A stretch of DNA of 58,948 bases, counting the filler, from Jimgerdemannia flammicorona (taxonomy: Eukaryota), in NCBI GenBank assembly GCA_003990765.1. It is 3 parts of 3 records of this genome, joined end to end, with 100 filler letters (N's around TTAATTAATTAA, not from the genome) between each part and the next. Parts side by side here need not be neighbours in the genome. Positions count along the whole stretch, not along the records: positions 1 to 19,588 come from RBNJ01001903.1; 2 more parts are not named here. One strand, 5' to 3'. Below are positions 1 to 12,989 of this stretch, in pieces. The notes under the pieces are model-generated. The model searched no databases. It was not told the origin of the DNA and saw only the letters and a program-made list of their open reading frames with translations. A program made the translations under genes and the position numbers. Numbering within the stretch: position 1 is the stretch's first letter; the number at the start of each line of letters is the position of its first letter.

Positions 1-10
1 AAAAAAAAAA

Positions 11-1381
11 GTAAACTTGACTGACTTTATTTCAAAGGAAATAAGAGGGGTATTTATACAAAATATAATTCAATAGTTACTAAGATATAAAGCTAAATAT
101 AAATTCCAATAACCAAATAAAATACTAGAACACAGAAAACTACCAAGTTTCAGTATCAGCACAGATAGTGTACAGGTTCAGAATGCTGGTATAATTTTGG
201 TGATATAGGAAAAGGGTGCTGAAATAATTCTGAGTCACATAAGGTCAGAATGCCAGTGAAGGAATAGCTGTTACACAGGAAAAAAATACTAGTATAATTT
301 AGTATAACTAAGGAACTTAGAGTAGAATATTCAGGACCATAGGGGCTTCATCTTCATCAGAGGTCAGAATATCTTTAAAGGAGATAAGATTGGTTTTATT
401 ATATATTTCACATATGTCATATGGGATGATACCATTACCAATGATGTCATCATGTTCAGTAGTAGTAGAGAGAGTGAGGAGATCTGGAGCTCTCTAGTCT
501 ATAAGATTCTCTTCTACAAAATAAGAGACAAATGTGGGGTCTTGAGGAGGTCTAATCTGAATGCTTGGGCCTTGGAATACTGAGATCAATCCTTGTAAGA
601 ATTGATCTAGGTTATCCTAGAGGATGGGATGCCAGAAGTCTTCTACTTTATCACTATTGAGAGTAAAGTAGACTGGACTTCTGTAGCCACTTTGGCTTCT
701 AGTATATTGATATGGTGGGCTGACAGATCTCTGAAGTCTGTGACTTTAGTATACTCCAAGTTGGGAATTAACTATAGTACATATCTGAAGATCTGATGAA
801 TCTTTTTAGCTGTCCTTATTTTATATATATCTATAGAGATGGTATCTTGTAACTCTTGAGAGCTGGTCTGTAGGAACTCCTAGCAGAAAAGGTTTCCTAT
901 TTTGTACTTCTGCCATATTTGGAGATATTTAGTAATAATGGTGATCCTTGTTTCTATTTTATAGCAGTAGAGGATAAAGTGATAAGGATCACCAGTACCT
1001 AGGTTAACACTAAGAGTCCTTATGGTGCAAGTCCTTATGGCTCTTCAGATGTCTTGAAACATTCTTTTTTCAACTGAGGGGCCTTGGTAGTTCCTTGACC
1101 TTAAGGTTTGGTAAGCAGTAGGTATTTTATTAATAGTAAGTCTTTAAGCTATTTTGGGATTAGTGGATCTTATTGAGTTGCTACTACTGTGGTTCCTTGA
1201 TCTTTCTTTTATATTTCTCAAGATGTCTGTACTGTAGTCACAATAACTCACAGTTGGTCATCATTGCTCATCTTGTAGCCTGGGTGAGTCATGCCATATG
1301 ATCTTCTTGTGCTCCAATCTGGTGGCTTGTAAGGAAGGCTGTCTCCTGTGCTGATATCATCATTCTGAGATCACTATTATA
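11..1381 (-). mobile_element. Long LTR of Ty3/Gypsy family B (copy 1, cut by window start), containing the degenerate accessory ORF at about 317..1125
   Basis: Colinear with 15660..17285 and with the reverse complement of 57130..58714. Ends in cattctgagatcactattata (decayed TGTAA terminus). No PPT adjacent, so it is a solo or 5' LTR. Confidence 0.85.
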
Positions 1382-1689
1382 ATATTAAGCTTAAGCCTAT
1401 TATTATAAACATTTAGTCTAGATTATTTAAATAATCTTATTAAACTTACTTTTTTTAATATAGATTTATAAAATAATAATAATAATAATTTATTTATTTA
1501 TTATTTATTAATATTATATTTAAACAATAATATAAAAATAAATAAATCTTTAAATCAAATCATTACAAGTACTAAAGTAAAATTATAGTTAAAAGTGTGA
1601 TTATTAAAAAATATTATTTAGTAAGATAAAAATAATAAACAAAAATAAAAAGACATCAAAACTTGGCCTACAGCTTCTCGAACTCAATG

Positions 1690-2330
1690 TTAACCGCCTC
1701 TGCCAGTTGCTGATGATGAAGTTCTCGTTGTTCTTGGTTCGGGCGCTATGTAATGATGGTTGGCGGAAGTTGACACGAGAAATCGTACGGGTTGCAAGGT
1801 GCACAGCATAACTTACTTCTTACTCCAGTTGTAGCTGCCATTGGCGAGGACCTTGTAGCGAACTTATGATGCATGAAAGCTTGAATAAAACGGCTCAATC
1901 GGTCTTGTAAGGAATCTCATGTTCTTCTACTTCCCCTGAAAGAAGTACGACTTAGCATACAGCCCTTTTGTCGGCTGCGTTATAGGCTCCTTGGCCCTCG
2001 CCCCCGCCTTGGTTAGCAGCCCTCCCACCCCTCCTCCCGCCATTCTTCGGCACGACGCCTCCTCATCGCTAGGGACATATTCTTCATCCTCCTCTTCGTT
2101 ATTATCGACGACGAATGCGTCCGACAACATCCTCGCGGCGTCGCCGACGTTATAGAAGCCGCGTTGATCATCGTGCCGAGGAGGCGAGTCGCGTTTGCGT
2201 GTTGTTTGGATTCCAGGTCGTCGACTAGGTGTGGGGGGGTACGGTGGTAGCTCGGGTTGAGGAGAATCGGAAATGGATTGATTATGAGAGCGAACATGGG
2301 CTTCTTTCCCAATAACAACCGAGCTATAAA
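1690..2330 (-). pseudogene. Possible small gene or pseudogene of unknown function (Pro-rich, then acidic)
   Basis: CpG-rich island with a minus-strand ORF (PPYPPTPSRRP...NNEEEDEEYVPSDEE) after a polypyrimidine/AG acceptor-like tract. No recognisable domain. Confidence 0.25.
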
Positions 2331-3383
2331 AATTAAAAAAAAAAAAACATATGTTTTTTCTGAGGGGAATTCGCGAAATGCGAAGAATACATTGCGTTCT
2401 AGAACGCGCAGCAAACGATCTGAAAAAAAAAACAATGCCTAAACCTACGCTAGCCTGATTCAGAGCCCACCAAACGTCTATTTGGGTCGCTGCGGAAATA
2501 TGAGTATCCCACCACCCCACCGCGTGTAACGCCAGAGGTCATGAGTTTAGATGGCGACATTACCAAAAAGATTTTGCCGTCCTCTACTATGCGAAAACAA
2601 GGCCATTCGACTTGTGTCGCATAGTAATTATATTCGCAACAAAGAAAATTTGTGTGAGAATATTACCCAGATCGTTTGTCGATAGTGTGTTCAGGCAATA
2701 GAGGCAGCTCAATAAAAAAAAAAAAAAATCCGTTCTTTCGAGTCACATTTGTTGCCGTCCCTTTGTCGCACCTGATATTTGGTTATAAGTCATGCATTTT
2801 GTCAATAAACATAGGAAACCAAATCTCCAATTCATTGTCATCCACGCGATCTATTTCTGTGTGAAAACCAACCTACACCTCTCATTATCATGAAGATTGA
2901 TACTAAAATGGCGTTGCTCCATCCCATTCTAAAACGATGTTCCAATACATGTAAACCCGAAATTCCCATCCCTATGGTCCATGCCGCATAAGGCGGTTTT
3001 GTGGGGACGATGCTTGGAAGATAGGTAACGTAATTGAACCTTCATACTTGCATGTGCCTTTATAATTTTGGGGTTCTGTTGCATGTGGCAATTGTTGAAA
3101 TTCCCATGCATATTAGTCTTTGTCTGCCGCTTTTGCAAATATATATATATCTATATATACCGAAGGTTCTTCACGCTGCAGCTTCTTTTTTTTTTTTTTT
3201 AAAAAAAAAAAAACACCATTCTCGTCATTACCAGAATCGACCACGCTTGGTGAGAAATACCGTAGGTGACTCATGCTAGCATACTATACACCGTCGGATA
3301 TGACATCTGCGGCATCGTGTTCGTAAAATCCCCTCATCTTCTCTCTTTTGTGTGTGTGACCTATTATTCTCTCAGTATTACAG

Positions 3384-6300
3384 ATGACAACCGCGGAACA
3401 AACTGCTCGAAGGCTCAGATTTCAAGGCGAAGGTTTCAGGCAAAGGGAACCCTTGACGGTGAGAATCAAGGGCATTCTTGCCGAATATCCGAAGGGATCC
3501 CAAATCCTCAGAGAAATACTGCAAAACGCAGACGATGCCGGGAGCACAGAACAGGTATACGTATATTTGGCTCTTCAAAGCACACGCTATGACATGCTCG
3601 CAACAAAGATTACGACGGGCCCATGCTGAGACAACATTTCTTTTCCATAGGTTTTTTTGCTGGACCATAATACCTATTCCACAACCGACCTCATCGATCC
3701 TACCTTGGCCGACTACCAAGGCCCATCCCTCCTAGCCAAGAGCAACAGCAAGTTCACCAAGAGGGACTTTAAATCTCTTCAGAACCTCGGCAACAGCCTG
3801 AAGCAAGAAGATCTCGACAAGACGGGCCGGTACGGCGTCGGGTTCAATGCCGTCTACCACATGACCGACGTGCCGATGATCCTGTCGGACGACCACTTTG
3901 TCATCCTCGACCCCCACGAACGCGTGAATTTCGGCGGACACTCGGGCGGCGAAAGTTATAATTTTGTGGCGGATAATTTCCAGGATGATTTCCCAACATC
4001 GCAGTTTGAGCCCTTCAAAGTTCTGGTCAAGGATTTCAAGCACCCGTTCGATGGGACAGTCTTCAAGTACCCTTTGCGAACCAAGAAGCACGCGGAATCA
4101 TCGGAGATATCAAAGGACCCGTGTCCGGTTGGAGACATTTTGGACATGTTCGACAGATTTCAAGACGAGGCAGCAGAGTCTTTATTGTTTTTGAAATACT
4201 TGGAGAAGATTTCGTTTTACGAACTGCTCAACGGCAAGAATGAACCGCAGCTGTTGTACGAGATTGAATTGTTGAATCGCGAGAAAGTCCGAGAACGACG
4301 GCAGCTGCTAGCTAGGAACGTGAAAAGCATCATGGCCAGCGTCGACAACGAATCTCTCCTTGCGAGTGCCGAAGAAACTCAATCGGTGGTCGAAGAAACT
4401 CGTCGATCCATATCATCGACGTATATCGCCAAAATTCGTTGCTTCTCCTACAAATCAGACGATGACAAAATATCTCGCTGGCTTATACAAAACTATCTAG
4501 GAGACGTGTCGAAGGCAGAACAACATTTCCTCGAAACATACGGCGTGCACCTCAAAGATGACAAATTCATTCCATGGGTTGGAGCCGCCGCGTGCTTGAG
4601 CGACGCTAATCAAGGCGGTGGAAGCCTGTTCTGTTTTCTACGTTTGCCTGTCAGTACGCCATTTAATGTCTACATCCACGGATTCTTCGCTATGTCAAGC
4701 AGTCGGCGCGAGCTCCCCATCCCGAGCCAGGATCAGTTGACTGACGATGCGCGGATGACCATTAAAGCTGAATGGAACCAGTACCTCTTCCAACACTGCA
4801 TCCCACAAGCTTGGGCTGATCTGCTGAAAGCGTTGACGGAATGCGACGATCCCGACGGCAACCTGATTATGCCGATTGATGATTACACGTTTTGGCCATT
4901 GGGGATTGATCGTAAAGACAGCGATCCCCACAGCAAAAATGTCGATAGATTGTGGGAGAGCATCTTGGACGACGTCATCGGCATCATCGCTAGCGACGAG
5001 ACCTCGGTGTTCCGAGGAATCACTTTTGGCAGCGACATTGGCCGTAGCTGGGTTTCCCTCGCAGACGGAGTTTTGGAAGATGAAGACTTCGACGATCATA
5101 CCTCTTTGACTACAGCACTAGCACGCAGCGGCCTACGTATGATACCAAACCTCCCGCAAGGTATACAGCATGTGCTAAAAAGCAAAAATATATTTCACAA
5201 ACGCGCTTCGCCAAATCTCGTCGGGGAGCATTTAAGAGGTACAGCAGATCGGTGGTCAACGATCCTCGGCGATGACGAAAAATTCATGTTGTTGAGGTAC
5301 ATGTTGAAAGATAGGGAGTATCAAACCTTACAGGGTTTGCCGTTGATCCTGCTCGCAGACGACAATAAGACGTATGCCAGTTTCAATGAGACAACACGAC
5401 CGCCAATTTTTATGGCTTCCGAGGACGAGCGCTTCTTGTTCGAGAAATGGGAGCCACGTCTCATGAGCCGCTCAATATCCCCGGCCTTTGAAACGCATGA
5501 TTTTGAGTCCATGTCGAGAGTCATCAATATCCGCCGCTGGTCGCTACAAACAGCAATCGATTGTTTGAACAGGGTATTTTCCACTGTCGAGAATAAGTCG
5601 GATGATGTGATCCCATGGCCTAACTTCACTGGGTATGGAATCGATCTGGACTGGCTTGGTCGTTTGTGGAAATGGATCGACCCCCAAACTAAGGACAACC
5701 TAGATCTGTTCGGCGAACTCTGGTTGATACCGACAAACCAAAAGTCGTTGTGCAAAGTACAATCTGCAAAGCCGATACTTTGGCACAATTCATCCAACGC
5801 CGTTCATCCACCAGCAGCCATTGTGCCTTTGCTCGAGAAACTGGGGTGCACGTTTGTCCTTGGTAGATTTCTTGTCCAAGAAAGCCTCTCTTCGGGATTA
5901 CGTGATGTCGTCGACGAATGTTCAAACGCCGAGGCTGTCCTGCAAGGGATCTCCACGGAAATTTCTGGCGCGCTGACCGAAGACGAAATTCGGCCATTGA
6001 GAGAGTATCTTGCTAAATATATCCGCCTTTTGCCCTCTCCCGGCCTCTCGTCGGCTTCGTTGAACTCATTGAAAAGGTTGCCCATCTTCCCCAAGCGCGA
6101 AAACGATGGCTTCCACAACACGCCAATCTCTTCATCAAGTGTCACTTGGCATGCGTTCGAATGCGCTAAAATCGGAGAGACCATTCTCTGCGCTCCCAAT
6201 ACCGGAATTATTGACGTTGGATCCCAAGATGTCAAGTATCTCGCCATCGACGTGGCACGCGTGAACTACCTTGAAATCGCAGAGTACCTCGGTCAACATG

Positions 6301-9300
6301 TACTCCCCTATTTAAAATCTCAATCCCTCAGCGTGGCGAATGTTTTGATTGACTGTATATTGGAGCATTTGCCGAGCCTTTTGGCAAGAGACGGAAACGG
6401 TGTCCTTCAACATCTTCGTGATCTTCCTTTCGTTACAGTCGGCACTATCTCCGGTGCTTCGAGTGGCAAGATACTTCAACCTGCTGAAACTATTGATAAG
6501 AATTCCGACTTGAAAGACTTCTTTCTATCGAGCGAAGAGGTGTTTCCCATCGGAAAATACGCCGCGACGGATGTGATGTCTCAACTTCACATGTTGGGCA
6601 TGAACAATGCGCTCAATTGTAAGATAGTCATCGATCGCGTTACATACTACGCTGATAACTGGTCTAAAAAAACGGAACTGAAACAAGCCATTTACAGTGC
6701 CTCAAAGGAATTTCTCCAAACGCTCGATCGATGCTATTCGAACGTGAAAGCGACAGCTACGGATTCAAACGACATTCAAGAGATGGAGAGAGTGTTATCA
6801 AGTAAGCAATGGATTCCAACGACTTTTGTAAATGAAGGAGCAAGAAGCCTGTCGACTGCCAACGGTTCTCGACATGAAGATGACAAGGATTTGGTCTCGA
6901 AAGTTATACCAATACTGGATTATTCTGTGAGGTCAGATCTTCGGCACGTGCTAGGATGGGATAAAGATCCACCCATAGACATCGTGATTAAGCAACTCTT
7001 GTCTTTGCTGAGACAATATTCTTTAACCGCAGCGCCCGAAATTCCGAGATGTCTGGAGAGCGTGTTCGAACACCTTGACAAAATTGCGAAGGACGACAAT
7101 ACAAATACAAATATCAATCATTTGAGGGCAGCCTTGCTAAACATGGAGTGGATTCCTGTCGACGGCAAGCTCTACAGGGTTTCTAAGGTGACGCTTTCAA
7201 CTCCATCGGGACACGATTTGAAACCGTACTTCATGACGGTTCCACAGTCGATAGGGAAATACCGAACCCTTTTCGAATCCTTTGGAGTTCCGAGTGTTCT
7301 CAGTACTCCCCAACTGATTGAGATAGTACAAGGCGTAAAAGACAACGTGAAAGAGACCAGGTTGACATCATCGGACTTCGACCTGGTGATGAATCTTATA
7401 ACAGAGATTACGAAAGATGGCTCGGATTGTATCAAAGCTCATGGCGATCTGTTCGCGCCGTCGGATGCCGACATTCTGACGGAAGTTTCTCTGCTCACAT
7501 TTGACGATATCAGCAAAATTCAACAATTGCCTTCCTCGTCTTCTGAGCACTTCCTATGGTGCCACAGCAAAGTATCACGCCATATCTGCGAAAACCTCGG
7601 GATACAATTGTTGAGCCAAAGATCGATGTATGGTGCTGACAACGAGACCGAGTCCTGGGAACAGGAAGAGTCGTTGACCACGCGGATAAGCAGCCTTCTC
7701 AGAGATTATCTTGACGATGCTCTATTCCGTGAATTTTTACAAAACGCTGATGATGCAAATGCAACGAAATTCTGTATTGTCTACGAACCAAACCCTCCTC
7801 CGTTTGAGGGCACTCGAACCCTTATATCGGCAAATATGGAGGCGTGGCAAGGTCCTGCACTGTGGCTTTACAACGACGGCGAATTCAGTGAAGGCGATTT
7901 TGAAGGATTACGACATGTTGGCATCGGCAATAAGAGAGAGGCTGATGGCGTTCGAATCGGCAAATTTGGTCTCGGATTTTTAGATTGCTACCACTACACA
8001 GGTAATTGTAACGATACATACTACAAACATGAACAATATGAAAAGAAAAAAAAAACCCCCCTAGCGGATAAGCATGAGTACTTATCGTTATTTATCCTCC
8101 AAACCGATTATTTCCAGATCTTCCATCGGTTGTAAGTGGGAACCACGCGATTTTCTTCGATCCTCATAAAGAGTACCTCCCACCCCCTGATGGCATCAAC
8201 ATGCCGGCAGGCCTTCGAACAAATTTCGTCAAAGGAAAATTTGAAGATCAGTTTTTGCCATACACTCGCCTGTTTGACTTCGACATGACCAAACCTTTCA
8301 AGGGGACACTGTTCCGGCTCCCGCTTCGAACCGAGGAGCTTGCTAGGTGTAGCAAACTAAGTAGCAAATTTTACCACAACAATGACATCAAGCAGCTGTT
8401 CAATGAGTTCCAAACTGAAGCCTCCCGTGGAGCCTTGTTATTCCTCAAGCATGTCGAGGAGATCGGAGTGTACGAGTTAGGGACCGACGGAAAGATGAGA
8501 CCGCTTTGGGAAGTAGCTGTGGATGGTCTGACGGATGATGTCAGACACCAACGGATGATGGTGGAGAACAACTATGAGTATACGACTAGCTTCCGTATGA
8601 ATCTTCGACTCTCTCTCAACGCAGGGCTGGTTCAACGCAATGAAACGGAGAAGTGGTTGGTCACCATGGGATTGTCCAAACCCACTCTTGATGCAGAGTT
8701 GCAGCGACTCGTGGATCTCAATCAACTTGTCGCTCATGTTGGCGTAGCTGGGATGCTCGAAACCTCATGTCAAGAGATGTCGAAGGGCCCGGGGAGCCTC
8801 TTTTCCTCCTTGCCTCTGCCAGTATCACTTACCGGAATCCCTGTTAATCTACACGGATACTTTGCCCTGACAAGCGATCGCCGAGCTCTCCTTTCACAAG
8901 CCAACGGCGCAACCGATGATCCTGGAAGAATTGACGGGCGAGGCCAGAGTTACCATCTTAGCAGATGGAACCAACTCCTTCTCAGTCAACAATTGCCAAA
9001 AATTCACCTACAATTCCTCCAAGAGCTTATCAAAGAGAATGAACTGGTGGGATCGACCAAAGGTTCCTTGATGGACGAGAGTACTGTGGTTAAGAAGTAT
9101 TTCAACTATTGGCTGACTAATGACGAAGGAAAAGTGTTCCATGATTATGGTAAACACTTGTGCGGTGTCGCAATGGAAAGCGGAGACGTTTTTTACACCC
9201 AGAATGGAGGCGGACAGTGGATCAGCTATCAGGAGGCTGTATTCGAGGATGACAAATTATTGTCCAAGCAAGATGCCAAGCAGCAGGGTGTTTTAAAAGT

Positions 9301-12124
9301 CATCAGCAACCTTTTGATCGAACGTGGCATCAACATTGTACAACTCCCTCGCATGTTACTCAAAAGTCTCCTTAAATGTGAAGATAAAACCGTGCTTCAG
9401 CAAGTCACCCCCAAGCTCGTCCGCGACAGCATCCGGTATGGCAAGTCATTTGTAGAGAAGATGGACGAGAAAGATTTCAGCGATTTCTTCGAATATCTCC
9501 TGGAAGACAAAGCCTTCGCAGACCTTAGAGGCTGCGCCATTTTACCGCTCATGAACAAGACGATGGGCACACTCAGAGGGGGCCGAGCTCAATTCTATAT
9601 TGCGAAAAGCGAAGAAATTGCACTTCTTCCCAATCACTCATCAAATTTAGTAGATACTAAACAAATCTCGGACGCCACCAGGGAAGCACTCAAGACCGTG
9701 GAGGCAGCCAATACCCTCAATGTGAAACAACTGGACTGCGATGATGTCATTGAACTGGTCTCAGGCATGTTGCGTCATGGAGATTACTTGGATTACGATC
9801 GTAATGGGACTAACATAAACGACAAGTGGCTTTGTGAACTATGGAAATATCTGGATGCAGCGAAAAACGTCAACATCGCGCCTTTCGAAAACATCCCAAT
9901 CCTGCCGACCATCAGCCCGAGGGGAATGCTAGTTTCCTTAAACAGAAGATTGCCTCGGCTCTACGAAGACAGCCAGAAATCCGATATCAACTCAATTTTG
10001 ACGAAAATGGGCACGGAACTCATCGAAAAGTCGTACTCCAAGTTCGAGATATTGTCCGATTTTGTGCTGAAGTTCTCCGCGCCGAATGTACTACAATGCA
10101 TACAATTGGCTAGGAAGAAAAAGAATTGTTCCGTCGAGGATTTACTATCAGAGCTGAACTCTGATGAGCGAAACACCCTGAGGACCTTCTTTCAAAGAAA
10201 TAATTACGACCTATTTGGTCTACCAAACACGCTTTCCTCGGAATTGCTGGAGACCCTCCGTCAGCTGCCCATCTTTCAGGCTCACTCATCCTCCTTGACC
10301 ATTGGCTTCAAACCCGCGACATCCTGCCATCTTCTCCCGCATAACCTCCCCGTATTTTCAGTGTCGCCCGGGATGGCCATTCTTTGTAAAGATTCCATCG
10401 ACAAAAATTTCGCGTCCAATATCAAGGTGCATTACCTGTCGGTCAAAGAACACTTGTTGTGCAACGTTCTCCCGTTGCTCCAGAACCCCCTGCCGGCCAC
10501 CAAGGTCGATGATTACGAGGCGTTTCTTTGTGTGGTGCTCCGTAATGCCGATTGGGAGCTCTTCAATGTGCTTTCGGAGCATCGGATCATCCCGAACAAC
10601 GAATCGGCCGACTACAGGCTTTTCAGAGCCTCGGAGCTTTACGATGACGCAAACACGATGTTTGCTGCCGTGTTTGCAGGGGCGGGAAAGTTTGTCGCAA
10701 GGAACATCAGGAGGTACCTCCCAAATCTCGAGGAAATGGGTTTTAAGACTGAGACCAACGTGTTGACGTTTATCGAGTGCGTTGACGAGGTTGTTCGTCT
10801 CTCAAAACTCGGGCGGGATCGGCCCCAGAATTACCTGGCCCGAGCCAAACAAGTGGCCTCTAATCTCAACGAGATCTTAAACTTTAAGCTAGATGAAGAC
10901 AAGTTGTCCCACCTTCTCGAACAAGAGTTCATTCCCTTCAACAACGTAACATTTACGGAGCTACCCCCTTTCGCGCACCAATTCCTTCCCTCCGTCGGCC
11001 CGCTCACTTCCCTTTCCAACTTCTGTCTGCAAGAATATCGCAAGGTTGTCTGGACCCAACGCCCTATCTTCGACAATATATGCAACGGCTTTATGCAAAC
11101 TGTTCAAGGATTCCGCGACCCACCTGTTAATATTGCCCTCGACCACCTCCACTGCCTCGCTCTCACGGTTTCCCCACAATGGCTCGAGAACCAGGACGCG
11201 TTTCACCGTTTACTCATCGCCACGTACCAGTTTCTCCTTGATCACTCCGACGATCCAAAATTTAAGCCCAAAATACGCGATCGCCTTTCGAGCACAACTC
11301 CCTTGTTCTTGAATGGCGACGACCCGACGGACCCCCAAAACTGGAAGCCCGCCAGGTACCTTGTCATTGACTTAGATTCCGATATCAACCCGCAGCTGCT
11401 CAAGGTTCACGAATTCCTTGTGCCCTACAAGAAGCTCTTAAGGCTGGGCGGCGCAAAAGACTACAAACAACTTCCGAAGGTAAACATCCCGAGGCCAAAC
11501 GGTGATCTGATCTATACCCTGCCGGTCCTCCGCAAGTTCGCCGATTTCCACCGTCGCGGCGACGCCGTCGCTATGATGTACAAGGACGTGGTTTTCCTCG
11601 TGGATGGCCGCCGGTTTTCAACTTCACGGATCTTCCTGGCCATGGTCAGCGACCATTTCAATAGGATGTTCCTCCAAGAACACAACAGCATGACGGAGCG
11701 TCTCCCCATTGAGATCGGTGTTGAGGGTGTGTCGCCCACCGCGTTTGGCATCATGCTAGATTACCTTCACACCGGCGAGCTCACCATCACGCTCGAGGGC
11801 GTTAACGTAGACAATGAATTCGCAGAGAACGACCTCCTGAAAGTGTATCTTGATCTGCTCCAGGCTGCGGATACATACGCGCTTGACCAGCTCAAGGAAT
11901 TGGTCGAGACGCGAATCGTCAATGATAAGATGATCAGTATCAACACTGTGCTGGACATTGAGCAGCATGCGGATATGTATCGCGCTTACTGCCTGCGTGA
12001 CTATTGCTGGTCATTCAAGCAGGATAATCAGAATTTGATGGTACTGGCGCATGGGCCGGAGGTAATCATTTCGGACGACGACGGCGAGGAGGAGGAGGAG
12101 GAGGGGGAGGAGGAGATCTTTTAG
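3384..12124 (+). CDS. Sacsin-like protein (two Hsp90-like sacsin repeat regions) with C-terminal BTB/POZ domain, ~2842 aa, 3 exons
   Basis: Exons 3384-3554, 3651-8001 and 8118-12124 join in frame through GT..AG introns. Repeat 1: [42 protein letters not shown]. Repeat 2: [77 protein letters not shown]...[12 protein letters not shown]...LLQAADTY. Confidence 0.93.
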
Positions 12125-12989
12125 GAGGATTAAGGTGTCCAAGGTTTATCATTTTTATTTAGGAGGTTGGTCGTCATATGGACAAGGTGTGTTGATTGCT
12201 CAGTTCTCGGGGCCTTCTTGTTCAATCGAAGCCTCAAGTTTGGTTTGAAAAATAAACGTATCGAATGGGAATTCTAAAGATTGAAGGGGGGGAGGACCTT
12301 TTGACCCTAGCTTTTGTTGATAGATATCCTTTACCAAACAAAACATTACTTCGGCATCGACGGCAGCACGTTTCGTGGCGGGGGCATTCTTGGTATCTGC
12401 GTTTCTGGGGAAGTGTGTTACTCAATACGCGGGCTGTTTAGCAGACTCCAGATTGTTAGCAAAGACCATTGCGTTCTGGTACTCAGGCCATTGGGCATTT
12501 CATAGTTCTACGTCGATTCTCTTCAAATATTCTTTAGTACGATTTTCTTCATATGTTTTTGTATTTTTAAGCGGTTCAAACAATGGTAATTATTTACAAG
12601 CTAAACGATGCCTTGCACTTGTTGGAACTGGACATTTTGTTGATGTGTCACATGACTTCGATGATTTATGGTGCGCGTTTGCGGTTCTGGCGGTGGATTA
12701 GTCCACAGGTGTGCTCGACCTCAAACCTGCCGAACGCAGTCGCAGCCTATGTCAATTGCTTAGAGAAAGGGATGATCGGGATCTGTGCTTTTGGTATAGT
12801 TTCCTTGGCTACTATTGAGAAAATACGTAGAAGGAAATCAAGAACACTTTCGATATAATAAGATATATGTATATACATAAAATAAAACTACCTTTCTAAG
12901 AGTGCTTTTTTTTTGTTTGGTACGTATGATTTTTCTGTTCATCACGAAACCATAACAAAGAATATGAATATGCAAATTAAGAAAAAATT

